Below, in pieces: positions 19,241-28,295 of a stretch of 64,000 nt of DNA. Positions within the stretch are counted from its first letter, which is position 1. The number at the start of each line of letters is the position of its first letter. The notes under the pieces were generated by a model, which worked only from the letters and a program-made list of their open reading frames with translations, did no database searches and had not been told where the DNA came from. The stretch comes from Bacilli bacterium (GTDB lineage Bacteria > Bacillota_I > Bacilli_A > RF39 > UBA660): contig JAFYYX010000001.1 in NCBI GenBank assembly GCA_017548925.1, positions 828,658 through 892,657 of the forward strand, read 5' to 3'. The position numbers were made by a program, and so were the translations under genes.

Positions 19241-19714
19241 CTATCCAACGTAACTGATCTCACCAGTTACACGTTTATTAATTGTTATTTGTTTAATACT
19301 CCAAGCTAAAATAACAACACCAATTAAAAGCGCAATTATGTAAATTGTCATATAAAATTTCATTGAATGTTTTTTATATTCCTTAGTATATGGAGATATA
19401 ACTTTTTCTTGTCCCTTTTCATCTTTTTCTTGCTCTTGAGCAGCTTTTTTTATGTCCTTAATTGGAATTTTAGATGTATAGTTAAATAAATATTCATTAA
19501 ATGAATCAACTAACTTTTCTCCATCAAGTCCAAGATATTTTGCATAATCATTAATATATGTTTTAAGTTGAAAAACATCTTTAAAAGCACCAATTTTACC
19601 ATCTTCAATGTTTTCTAAAACTATCTGTTTAATATTTAAATCATTACTTGCTTCCTCAAGACTAACCCCAGATGATTCTCTTGTAACACGTAGCATGTTA
19701 CCCATCTCATTCAA
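19241..19714 (-). CDS. rodZ: RodZ-like HTH (Xre) membrane protein (the YmfM position upstream of pgsA).
   Basis: An N-terminal HTH, a single TM helix near the C-terminus, and the conserved ymfM-pgsA-recA synteny. Confidence 0.6.
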   Translation of the reverse strand: MNEMGNMLRVTRESSGVSLEEASNDLNIKQIVLENIEDGKIGAFKDVFQLKTYINDYAKYLGLDGEKLVDSFNEYLFNYTSKIPIKDIKKAAQEQEKDEKGQEKVISPYTKEYKKHSMKFYMTIYIIALLIGVVILAWSIKQITINKRVTGEISYVG

Positions 19715-19742
19715 GATTATCGACTCCTTTATAAAATAAAAA

Positions 19743-20100
19743 AAATAATGCTTAATAAGCCATGTTCTGTACTTTCAAATAAGAAAGTGACAAATATTTA
19801 TCTACCATTATATGGTCCTTTATTTAGTTATAATTCCTAAATAAAAGTTCCCCTACCAAAATTTGGGTTTCTCGCTCGTGGGGTTTACCTCGTTCCACTC
19901 TTTTCGTTTCCAAAAAGCATCGTCTCTATGGCACTTTTATACCTACTTTAACCATTTAAGGTTATTTGGGGGCCGTTAGCTAAAAGCTACCTTAGGTTAT
20001 TTTTTCCCTAAGCACGAACACTACAGCCATTACAGGACTGTGCGAGCATGGACTTTCCTCTACATAACAAAATATGCAGCATTTGTCTAAAGCATTATTT
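19743..20100 (-). ncRNA. rnpB: RNase P RNA, bacterial type B.
   Basis: The minus strand contains GUAGAGGAAAGUCCAUGCUCGCACAG (P4), GUAGUGUUCGUGCUUAGGG, AGUGCCAUAGAGACGA and GAGUGGAACGAGGUAAACCCCACGAGCGAGAAACCCAAAUUUUGGUAGGGGAAC. The P1 ends pair as aaauaaugcuuua with uuaagcauuauuu. This closely matches B. subtilis rnpB. Confidence 0.85.
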
Positions 20101-20434
20101 ATTCATCTTTTCCAAATACTATTTTTTCAAGTTGACTAATTCTTCGAAGCATATCAACGTTACTAACATTTTTAGGATTACCTTCACCATCAGTTTCTGC
20201 AGCTTCAATAGTCATTTTTAAGCGACGAATCTCTTGTTTTAATTTAAAATTATCATCGTTTAAATCTTTGATTTCTCTTTCTTGCCTTTTAATAGTATTT
20301 ATAAATTCAGAATAGTCACGAATTACCATATCTAAGAATTTATCAACCTCTTGAGGACGATATCCCCTTGCATCAATTTTAAATTCTTTATCTAGTATTT
20401 CCTTTGGTGTTAAAAAAATCTTTTCATTATACAT
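20099..20434 (-). CDS. gpsB: Cell-cycle protein GpsB (DivIVA domain).
   Basis: LTPKEILDKEFKxxxRGY...VDKFLDMVIRDY matches the GpsB N-terminal domain. The C-terminal LEKIVFG also matches. The gpsB-rnpB adjacency is as in Bacillus. Confidence 0.85.
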   Translation of the reverse strand: MYNEKIFLTPKEILDKEFKIDARGYRPQEVDKFLDMVIRDYSEFINTIKRQEREIKDLNDDNFKLKQEIRRLKMTIEAAETDGEGNPKNVSNVDMLRRISQLEKIVFGKDE

Positions 20435-20836
20435 AATTATTCACCTCTAACTATACTGACAATAAGAATTATACTTATTTTATCGAAAAATGTCAATATT
20501 TAGGAGCTTATTATTTTCGTGATATTTTCTTATTTATATTTGATTTTTCTAAGCTTATTTGCGCCAAAGTAACGTCTTTAATTAATTTATTAATAATATA
20601 ATCAATTCTCATAAAAACTCTCCTTTTATTATTAGTAAAATACACCATAAAAATATAAAAATAAACCCATTCGACAAAACATATCAATATATTCTATATA
20701 TATACATTGTATATTAAGTTATTCATAACTAGTATTTTAAAATTATATTTGTTATAATTGATAAAGGTGATGCTATATAAATTATCCAAACACAAACAGG
20801 ATATATCATAGAAAAATTTCTCATGCAAATCGAGGA

Positions 20837-21334
20837 ATGAGTTTGGAAGCAATTATTAATGATGCAAACAATTACTATTTAAATAATAATATTGCATGCA
20901 TTTATAAAAAATACACACCAATTGGCATAGTAAACGTTAAAAATGAAAAAGGAAATAAAATAATAACCAAGGCATACTTTAAAGAAATATCTACACTTGA
21001 TTATAACGGAGTGTATCAAGGTTATTATATTGAATTTGATGCAAAACAAACATTAAATAAAACTTCCTTTCCACTTTCTAACATATCAAGCCATCAAATT
21101 GATCATATAAAAAATGTTATTGATCAAAAAGGTATAATTTTTTTAATTATTGAAATAAACAAAGAATACTACCTTTTAAAAGGTATAGATTTAATCAATT
21201 TTATTAAGTTTGAAAAAAGAAAAAGTATACCATATAGTTATTTTAATAAAAATTGTATTAAAATTGAGTTTAATAATAACATATTAGACTACATTAAATC
21301 ACTAAATAATCTATTAGGAGGCAATTATGAATAA
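20837..21334 (+). CDS. recU: Holliday junction resolvase RecU.
   Basis: NNYYLNNNIACIYKKYTPIGIVNV...DYNGVYQGYYIEFDAKQTLNKTSFPLSNISSHQIDH matches the RecU core. It sits upstream of ponA and overlaps it. Confidence 0.8.
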   Translation: MSLEAIINDANNYYLNNNIACIYKKYTPIGIVNVKNEKGNKIITKAYFKEISTLDYNGVYQGYYIEFDAKQTLNKTSFPLSNISSHQIDHIKNVIDQKGIIFLIIEINKEYYLLKGIDLINFIKFEKRKSIPYSYFNKNCIKIEFNNNILDYIKSLNNLLGGNYE

Positions 21335-23984
21335 ATTAAAACAAATTGGTTCTAGACTTAAAAGTATTAAACTAAATAAAAAAAGTGATGCTAACAAATC
21401 AAATGAAAAAATTCAAGAAGCGAAAATAGAAGAACCAAAATCAGAAGAAATAAAAGATAAAAAAATTAAAGAGAAAAAAGAAAAAGTTAAAAAACCTAAG
21501 AAAAAATATAAAAAGACACTGATATTATCTTTTATTGCAATCATCGGTATTTTATTCTTAACAATGATTTTAGCATTTGCACTATATATCATTATTTCAT
21601 CCCCTAACTTTGATAAAAACCTACTTTATAAAAAAGAAAGTACCGTTCTTTATGACAAAGATGGAAATGAATTTGCAAGAATTGGTTCAGAAAATCGTGT
21701 ATTAGTAAAATATGAACAATTACCTCAAGTGTTAATTGATTCAATTATTGCAACTGAAGACTCTAGATTCTTTCAACATAATGGTTTTGATGCAGCTAGA
21801 TTCTTAAAAGCATCAATGGGTCAATTAATGGGTAAAAGTGATGCCGGTGGTGCATCTACCCTAACCATGCAAGTAATAAAAAATACATATACAAACTCAA
21901 CCGATCATGGTATTAAAGGTATCGTTCGTAAGTTTACTGATATTTATATGGCTGTATTTAAACTTGAAAGTTCATATACAAAAGAAGAAATAATAGAGTT
22001 TTACGTTAACTCTCAATGGCTTGGATATGATGGTGACTTAAACTATACTGGAATATTTGGTGTTGAACAAGCAAGCCAGTATTACTTTGGAAAATCAGTT
22101 ACAGATATAAATTTAGTTGAAGCCGCCCTACTAGCCGGATTATTCCAAAATCCAACATACTATAATCCATATACTCAACCAGAAAGAGCTGAAAATAGAA
22201 GAAACACAGTTTTAAATTTAATGGTAAGACATGGATATATTACTAAAGAAGAAGCTGAAGAAGCTAAGGCAATTAAAGTTGAATCAATGCTTGTTAAACG
22301 AGATGCTGATAAAGTTAATGACTATCAAGCATTCATTGATTACGTTCTAAAAGATGTTGAAGATAATACAGGCATAAATCCATATGTAACACCTGTTGAA
22401 ATTTATACAACCCTTGATAGATCAATTCAATCTACCCTAACAAAACTTGAAAAAGGTGAATTATATTCATTTGCCAATGACACAGTTCAATTTGGTATGG
22501 CAATCACATCTGTCAAAGATGGTTCAATCATTGCTATGTCAGGTGGTAGAAATTATAAAGCTAAAGGTTTAAATAGAGCATCTGACATTAAGCGTCAACC
22601 AGGATCTACCGCTAAAATATTATTTGATTATGGACCATACTTTGAATTTCTAAATGGTTCTACTTATTCAATGTGGCTTGATGAATCCTATACATACTCA
22701 TCTGGTAAAAAAATCAATAACTTTGACCGCGGATATAAAGGTTTAATAACAACAAGAAGAGCTTTAGTTGGATCACGTAATATTCCAGCATTAAAAGCAT
22801 TCCAAGCCGTTGCCAAAGATCATATTGAAGATTTACGAAACTTCGTTCATGGTCTTGGTATCGATTATGGTGCAGAAGGCCCATATGAATCAGCATCTAT
22901 TGGTTCATTTGATGGTGTAAGTCCACTGCAAATGTCTGCTGCATACGCTGCATACGGACGTGGTGGATATTACATTAAACCATATTCGTATACAAAAGTT
23001 GTTGATCCAGATACAGAAAAAGTTTATGAATACAAATACACGAAAGAAAAAGTAATGAGTGATTCAACCGCTTACATGATTACAAGCATTTTAGTAACAG
23101 CTGGTAATGAAAATGTCGGTGGTAATATTAAAATTAGTGGTACTGATGTTGCTGCTAAAGGTGGTACAACAACAGTTGATGCAAATAAAAGAAAAGAAAT
23201 TGGCCTACCTGATACTGTTACTCCAGACCACTGGAATATAACTTATACTCCATCATATAGTATTGCCCTATGGTATGGTTATGATAAATTAACTAAAGAA
23301 AGATACTTAACAAGTACAAATGGTGGTAAAGCAAGACGTGGTATTATGGCTGCTGTTGCTAAAAAAGTCTATGGTAAAAATGAAAAATTTAAAAAGCCAT
23401 CAAGTGTTGTAAGTGCAAAAGTTGAACTTCAAACCTTCCCTGCACAATCACCAAGTGCATGTACACCTAGTGAATTAGTAGGAACAGAGTTATTTAAAAA
23501 AGGAACAGAACCTTCTGAAACATCATCAAGGTTCGCGCAACTTGATAAACCTACAAATGTTTCAGCATCTGTATCGGGTCAAACAGTTACAATTAAATGG
23601 AATGCAATTAAAACACCAGATGCTATTAATACAACATATCTACAAGACCATTTTAATAAATATTATGATAATCATGCTTCTAGTTATTATGAAAAACGTA
23701 TAGCTTATAACGAAACCACATTTGGTGATTTAGGTTATGTCGTATCAATTAAAAATTCAGATGGAAGTGATACAGCTCTAGGATTTACAACATCTACATC
23801 TTATACTTACACAACAAGTGGACAACAATCAGATTATACATTTATTGTTAAGACTGCATATAATAAATTTAGATGTAACATGAGTGCTGGTGCCGAAGTA
23901 AGTGCTTCAGTAACACCACTGCAACCAGATCCTACTGAAACAACACAACCAGATCAAAATAATAATCAAAATAATACAAATTAA
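21327..23984 (+). CDS. ponA: Class A penicillin-binding protein 1A (glycosyltransferase and transpeptidase) with a C-terminal extension.
   Basis: A TM anchor. GT51 motifs EDSRFFQHNGFD and STLTMQ. TPase motifs STAK and KGGTT. A long C-terminal Thr/Ser-rich extension ending QPDQNNNQNNTN. Confidence 0.9.
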   Translation: MNKLKQIGSRLKSIKLNKKSDANKSNEKIQEAKIEEPKSEEIKDKKIKEKKEKVKKPKKKYKKTLILSFIAIIGILFLTMILAFALYIIISSPNFDKNLLYKKESTVLYDKDGNEFARIGSENRVLVKYEQLPQVLIDSIIATEDSRFFQHNGFDAARFLKASMGQLMGKSDAGGASTLTMQVIKNTYTNSTDHGIKGIVRKFTDIYMAVFKLESSYTKEEIIEFYVNSQWLGYDGDLNYTGIFGVEQASQYYFGKSVTDINLVEAALLAGLFQNPTYYNPYTQPERAENRRNTVLNLMVRHGYITKEEAEEAKAIKVESMLVKRDADKVNDYQAFIDYVLKDVEDNTGINPYVTPVEIYTTLDRSIQSTLTKLEKGELYSFANDTVQFGMAITSVKDGSIIAMSGGRNYKAKGLNRASDIKRQPGSTAKILFDYGPYFEFLNGSTYSMWLDESYTYSSGKKINNFDRGYKGLITTRRALVGSRNIPALKAFQAVAKDHIEDLRNFVHGLGIDYGAEGPYESASIGSFDGVSPLQMSAAYAAYGRGGYYIKPYSYTKVVDPDTEKVYEYKYTKEKVMSDSTAYMITSILVTAGNENVGGNIKISGTDVAAKGGTTTVDANKRKEIGLPDTVTPDHWNITYTPSYSIALWYGYDKLTKERYLTSTNGGKARRGIMAAVAKKVYGKNEKFKKPSSVVSAKVELQTFPAQSPSACTPSELVGTELFKKGTEPSETSSRFAQLDKPTNVSASVSGQTVTIKWNAIKTPDAINTTYLQDHFNKYYDNHASSYYEKRIAYNETTFGDLGYVVSIKNSDGSDTALGFTTSTSYTYTTSGQQSDYTFIVKTAYNKFRCNMSAGAEVSASVTPLQPDPTETTQPDQNNNQNNTN

Positions 23985-24017
23985 AAAACTTGGAAAATAA
24001 ATTTCCAAGTTTTTTAT
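23983..24017. terminator. Bidirectional intrinsic terminator between ponA and the dnaD-like gene.
   Basis: A 10 bp stem, aacttggaaa/tttccaagtt, flanked by an A-run and a T-run. Confidence 0.6.
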
Positions 24018-24646
24018 TTTTCATCAAGCCAATCATAATCGAAAAGTTTAACATTCTCATTATTTTTATTTGTATAAAACTTTTCTAATTCATCAGCATT
24101 TTTAATGCCTTGTTTACTCCATTCATTTAATGTTTTGTCAATATATCTAATATTACATGTGCCATTATATTTAGCTTCATTTATCGCATTGATAATCATT
24201 GATGCTTCAAATCCATTTTGTATCCAAGCGTTTATAACCTCACTTTCAATATCAGTTACTTTATTACCTGAACACTCTTCAAAACACTTTAATATTTCAT
24301 TAGAAGATAAAAATTTTTTTTCAGATTTTATTGATTGATCTAATTTATCATAAAAATCATCAAGTGATATTGATTCAAAAATAATGCCATTTTTTGTTGT
24401 TGTTTTAATTTTGACAATTTTTTTATTAATTAATCCATTATAGGCTTCTAAAACTTTTTCATCAGATAAAGATAAATGTTTAGATGCTTCATCAATTGAA
24501 AATTCGGAAACATTATAATTAATAAAGTAATTTAATAATAAAAATTCAGGTAACGATAAATCGTACTCAGAGATTTTATTAATAAATATGTTATTGTATG
24601 TAAAATTTGTACTTTTTAAAATATCACTACTCTTCATCACTACCAC
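24014..24646 (-). CDS. dnaD: DnaD-domain protein (replication initiation and helicase loading).
   Basis: A C-terminal DnaD/DDBH2-like region (VINAWIQNGF...INAINEA...LNEWSKQGI). It follows recU-ponA as in Bacillus. Confidence 0.55.
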   Translation of the reverse strand: MVVMKSSDILKSTNFTYNNIFINKISEYDLSLPEFLLLNYFINYNVSEFSIDEASKHLSLSDEKVLEAYNGLINKKIVKIKTTTKNGIIFESISLDDFYDKLDQSIKSEKKFLSSNEILKCFEECSGNKVTDIESEVINAWIQNGFEASMIINAINEAKYNGTCNIRYIDKTLNEWSKQGIKNADELEKFYTNKNNENVKLFDYDWLDEK

Positions 24647-24701
24647 TCCATACGTATATATATTTTAAATACAAAACCAGTTTAAGTCAATTATAGAAAA
24701 C

Positions 24702-25448
24702 TTAATTATTATTGATTATAGAATCAATATAAACATATCCAAATTGATGCAAAAAATCAATAGGTTTTAAATAATAATTGTTACTATTTTTTGTAAATAT
24801 ATAATTATAAATATTTAATTTATTTAATAAATTAACGAATTCTTCATTTTTATTTAATTTTAATATTTTGTAAATACATTTATTTAGTGCATTAACATCA
24901 CAATTTTTAAATTGATCCAAAGTTATATTTATACTAATTAAATCATCATAACTCTTAATACCATACTTAAGAATAAAATAAATAGCTCTAAGAATTCTTG
25001 TTGGATCTTCAATACATTTAGCATTTGGATCAGAAATAAATTTTAGTTTAAGGCTATTTAAGTCATTAACACAGTGATCAAAATCATAAATTTTGGAATC
25101 TTGATCCATATAAATAGCATTAAACGTAAAATCTCTTCTAAGATAATCTTCTTGCAAATTATTAGTGTAATTAATAATTACTTTTCCATTTTTAAAAGTC
25201 TCAGATCTAATCTGTGCAATATCAACGTCATATTCGTTATATTTAAACTTTATAGTATTATATTTTAGTTTTACTGGATTATACTTAATAAAAATATCAA
25301 GGATTATATCGACTGGGGCATTTGTAACAATATCTAGATCATAATTATCAAACCCCAATAATAAATCACGAACATATCCGCCGACAATATATGATTTAAA
25401 ACCTTTTGAACTAAGTTCAAATAATAATTCATGTACACTTTTATTCAA
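24702..25448 (-). CDS. Nucleotidyltransferase of the poly(A) polymerase/CCA-adding head-domain family. It is short.
   Basis: N-terminal SYIVGGYVRDLLLGFDNYDLDIVTNA (GG..RD...D.D motif). At 248 aa it lacks an HD domain. Confidence 0.6.
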   Translation of the reverse strand: MNKSVHELLFELSSKGFKSYIVGGYVRDLLLGFDNYDLDIVTNAPVDIILDIFIKYNPVKLKYNTIKFKYNEYDVDIAQIRSETFKNGKVIINYTNNLQEDYLRRDFTFNAIYMDQDSKIYDFDHCVNDLNSLKLKFISDPNAKCIEDPTRILRAIYFILKYGIKSYDDLISINITLDQFKNCDVNALNKCIYKILKLNKNEEFVNLLNKLNIYNYIFTKNSNNYYLKPIDFLHQFGYVYIDSIINNN

Positions 25449-25536
25449 AATACATCACCAAAAAAAATATAACATATTTAAAAAAAAAAGGAAATTGGAA
25501 AAATTTCGGATAAATATATTAGTGAAAGGAGATAAC

Positions 25537-26271
25537 ATGAACAGTTTCGAAATATTAAAATCAAAATATCAAGAAATAAATAAAAAGGGGTTCATTAAAT
25601 CAATAAACAATTATAAAAATGGTGCTGGTTTAACGATAGAACACGAACTAAAATCAACTGGAGGTGATTTTAACATTCCAGACTTTATGGACATTGAAAT
25701 TAAAACTGTATATAAATATAGAGATGCAGATATAGAATTATTTAATAGTGCTCCAGATGGAAGTCACTTTCCTGCTGCATTATGGGTTTCTAATAATTAT
25801 GGATATCCTGATAATAAATATAAAAATATTAAAGTTTTTAAAGGAAATATTTATGGAAATAAAAAAAATTATATAGGTAATAAATATGAATTTCAACTAA
25901 GAATCAATAGAACATCAAAAAGAATAGAACTATTTGTATACAAAAATAACATGTTAATTAATAATGATATTTATTGGGATTTTGATACTTTAAAAGAAAA
26001 ACTTGAAAGAAAAGATAATAAAGTTGGAGTTTTCAAATTTATAAGAAAATGCATAAATAATGAATGGTATTATAAATATGAAAAGCTTTATTTATATAAA
26101 CTTAAAAGTTTTAAAACGTTTTTAGATTTAATTGAAAAAGGCATAATATTTGTTACATTTAAAGTTGATGTTCATAAAAGTGGAAAATATATCGGAAAAA
26201 TATCAGATCATGGCACATCATTTAGAATATATTTTGGAAATATGCACAAATTGTTCTATAAATATTATTAA
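25537..26271 (+). CDS. PD-(D/E)XK nuclease, MutH/restriction-endonuclease-like. There is no adjacent methyltransferase.
   Basis: I chose the start at the internal ATG, which has an AAAGGAG RBS 7 nt upstream. The track start was 25495. The motif PDFMDIEIK gives PD...ExK, and an upstream acidic TIEHE is present. About 245 aa. Confidence 0.45.
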   Translation: MNSFEILKSKYQEINKKGFIKSINNYKNGAGLTIEHELKSTGGDFNIPDFMDIEIKTVYKYRDADIELFNSAPDGSHFPAALWVSNNYGYPDNKYKNIKVFKGNIYGNKKNYIGNKYEFQLRINRTSKRIELFVYKNNMLINNDIYWDFDTLKEKLERKDNKVGVFKFIRKCINNEWYYKYEKLYLYKLKSFKTFLDLIEKGIIFVTFKVDVHKSGKYIGKISDHGTSFRIYFGNMHKLFYKYY

Positions 26272-26322
26272 TAATTGGTTTGGGGCAAAAAAAAGAAACC
26301 AATCTGGTTTCAAATTATCAAA

Positions 26323-26399
26323 TGGTCGAGAAGACAGGATTCGAACCTGCGACCCCTTGGTCCCAAACCAAGTGCACTACCAAGCTGTGCTACTTCTCG
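26323..26399 (-). tRNA. tRNA-Pro (TGG).
   Basis: Cloverleaf CGAGAAGUAGC...anticodon loop UUUGGGA...GGUUCGAAUCC...CUCGACCA. Near-identical to B. subtilis tRNA-Pro. Encoded CCA. Confidence 0.9.
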
Positions 26400-26407
26400 A
26401 TTAATTA

Positions 26408-26484
26408 TGGTGCGCCCTAAGGGAGTCGAACCCCTAACCTTTAGATCCGTAGTCTAACGCTCTATCCAATTGAGCTAAGAGCGC
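26408..26484 (-). tRNA. tRNA-Arg (ACG).
   Basis: GCGCUCUUAGCUCAAUUGGAUAGAGC...anticodon loop CUACGGA...GGUUCGACUCC...GGGCGCACCA. Confidence 0.9.
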
Positions 26485-26580
26485 GAATTACGTTTTTCAC
26501 GCATATTCATTATATTATAATCGATCTAAAATTGCAATATTATATTAAAAAAAAGCTTTACAGCTTTTTAAAACTTAAAA

Positions 26581-26656
26581 TGGTGTCCCGCCCGAGATTC
26601 GAACTCGGGACCCTTTGATTAAAAGTCAAATGCTCTACCAGCTGAGCTAACGGGAC
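26581..26656 (-). tRNA. tRNA-Lys (TTT).
   Basis: GUCCCGUUAGCUCAGCUGGUAGAGC...anticodon loop CUUUUAA...GGUUCGAAUCU...GGGACACCA. Confidence 0.9.
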
Positions 26657-26662
26657 ATATAT

Positions 26663-26738
26663 TGGTTGCCTCGGAAGGACTCGAACCTTCGGAATGTCAG
26701 AGTCAAAGTCTGATGCCTTACCACTTGGCTACGAGGCA
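26663..26738 (-). tRNA. tRNA-Gln (TTG).
   Basis: UGCCUCGUAGCCAAGUGGUAAGGC...anticodon loop CUUUGAC...GGUUCGAGUCC...GAGGCAACCA. Confidence 0.85.
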
Positions 26739-26746
26739 TTAAAAAG

Positions 26747-26830
26747 TGGTGGAGGGTCATGGATTTGAACCATGGAACCCGAAGGAACAGATTTACAGTC
26801 TGCCGCGTTTGACCACTTCGCTAACCCTCC
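26747..26830 (-). tRNA. tRNA-Tyr (GTA).
   Basis: GGAGGGUUAGCGAAGUGGUCAAACGC...anticodon loop CUGUAAA...long variable arm...GGUUCAAAUCC...CCUCCACCA. Confidence 0.85.
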
Positions 26831-26835
26831 AAAAG

Positions 26836-26911
26836 TGGTGCCGACTGAGGGAATCGAACCCCCAACCTACTGATTACAAGTCAGTTGCGCTACCAATTAC
26901 GCTAAGTCGGC
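26836..26911 (-). tRNA. tRNA-Thr (TGT).
   Basis: GCCGACUUAGCGUAAUUGGUAGCGC...anticodon loop CUUGUAA...GGUUCGAUUCC...GUCGGCACCA. Close to B. subtilis tRNA-Thr(UGU). Confidence 0.9.
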
Positions 26912-26914
26912 AAA

Positions 26915-26991
26915 TGGTGGGCGTTATAGGACTCGAACCTATGACCCCTTGCTTGTAAGGCAAGTGCTCTAACCAACTGAGCTAAACGCCC
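26915..26991 (-). tRNA. tRNA-Val (TAC).
   Basis: GGGCGUUUAGCUCAGUUGGUUAGAGC...anticodon loop CUUACAA...GGUUCGAGUCC...ACGCCCACCA. Confidence 0.9.
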
Positions 26992-27078
26992 GACTAAGCC
27001 CGGTATTCCGGACGTAATTAAATATATCATTTATAGTACAATAAGTCAATAGAAGAAATCAAAAAAAATCAAATTTTA

Positions 27079-28287
27079 CTACCAATCGTAGTTTTTATAG
27101 GAATTTCTATAATTTTTATCTCTCCTCATGTATAAATACATACGATACAAGGAAAAGTCTTTTGAATACTTTAATGGATTAACAGACTTTTTATAAAGTT
27201 GTAAAGCCTCTTTCTTATAATCATAGTTCTTTATATATTTTTTAATAATGGATTTTTTAACAAATGTTAACATTGATTTCTTATTTAAATATTTAAAATC
27301 CATCTTTTTATTATAAACTAAATCATCAACAAGGATTTTTACTAAATTAAATCCTAGAGGGCAAATATAATAACTACATCTTCCCTGTCTTGCATTAATT
27401 TCTAATACTTTAAACTTGCCATCTCTTTCATCATATTTCAAATCAAATTCTGCAAAACCAGAATACGATATAGAATTCATAAAATTTTTTATGTCCTCAA
27501 CAATACTTGTTGTATCAATTTTAAACGAATTATAACCATTAATTACGACAGCAGCATTACCTACCATACTTGGATTATGTTCCTGTAAACCAATTTGAGC
27601 AAATGACACTAACTTAACTTCACAATTTTTATTAGAATATACAACTGAGTCAAATAAGTAAGAATCATCCCCAGGAATATATTCCTGAATAATTAAGGTA
27701 TCATTATATGTACTATTTTGTATGTTTTTAATTGATTCAAGTAACTCACTTTCATCATTAACTTTATAAATCTTCTTTTTACCATGAAATTCTATGTGAT
27801 TAAAGGCTATCACATTAGCTGGTTTAATAATAATTGGGTAACTAAAATCAATAAGCTTTATATTAAATTCGCTAGGCTTAATATATAAAGTCTTTGGAAA
27901 TGAAAGAACAGAGTTTGAATAAGTTTTATAAAATAACTCCTTGTTAATTAAAGAGTTAGTTATATCTAAATTAGGATAATTAAATAAGATATTATTATCA
28001 AACTTGTCTTTATTTTTTACTAAAAACTGAGCATATGTTTCATTAGATGAAATAACAACTATTTTTTTATCTTTATGCTCACTTGAAAAATTTCTAATTG
28101 CTTCAACAAAAGAGTTCTCATCCCATAGTTTATTATTATATATATGATTAATAATTCTAGAATGAGTTGTAAATTGCAGTTTGCTATTTATTAACATATA
28201 AGGTTTTATATTATAAGCTTCATGCGTACATCGAGCCATATAATAAGCATTAACATCACTACCTAGAATAAGTACCTCAAACTCCAT
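27079..28287 (-). CDS. ATP-grasp carboxylate-amine ligase family protein.
   Basis: The ATP-grasp core is LIIQEYIPGDDSYLFDSVVY and FAEFDLKYDERDGKFKVLEINARQGR (the EINAR motif). 402 aa, with a basic Tyr/Lys-rich C-terminal tail. Confidence 0.6.
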   Translation of the reverse strand: MEFEVLILGSDVNAYYMARCTHEAYNIKPYMLINSKLQFTTHSRIINHIYNNKLWDENSFVEAIRNFSSEHKDKKIVVISSNETYAQFLVKNKDKFDNNILFNYPNLDITNSLINKELFYKTYSNSVLSFPKTLYIKPSEFNIKLIDFSYPIIIKPANVIAFNHIEFHGKKKIYKVNDESELLESIKNIQNSTYNDTLIIQEYIPGDDSYLFDSVVYSNKNCEVKLVSFAQIGLQEHNPSMVGNAAVVINGYNSFKIDTTSIVEDIKNFMNSISYSGFAEFDLKYDERDGKFKVLEINARQGRCSYYICPLGFNLVKILVDDLVYNKKMDFKYLNKKSMLTFVKKSIIKKYIKNYDYKKEALQLYKKSVNPLKYSKDFSLYRMYLYMRRDKNYRNSYKNYDW

Positions 28288-28295
28288 AATACCTC

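Noticed and set aside
20480-20620. A 33 aa minus-strand ORF (MRIDYIINKLIKDV...) between gpsB and recU
   Set aside because: It is too short and unrecognisable to support. The region is more likely a promoter or leader for the divergent gpsB and recU genes.
14212-25268. Antisense ORFs 14212..14403, 22714..22896, 24105..24338 and 25074..25268
   Set aside because: Each lies inside a confidently assigned gene (HerA-like, ponA, dnaD-like, nucleotidyltransferase) on the opposite strand.
26150-26958. Track ORFs 26150..26404, 26275..26457 and 26746..26958 on the plus strand
   Set aside because: They lie entirely over the minus-strand tRNA cluster (Pro, Arg, Tyr, Thr, Val). Their translations are just read-through of tRNA sequence.
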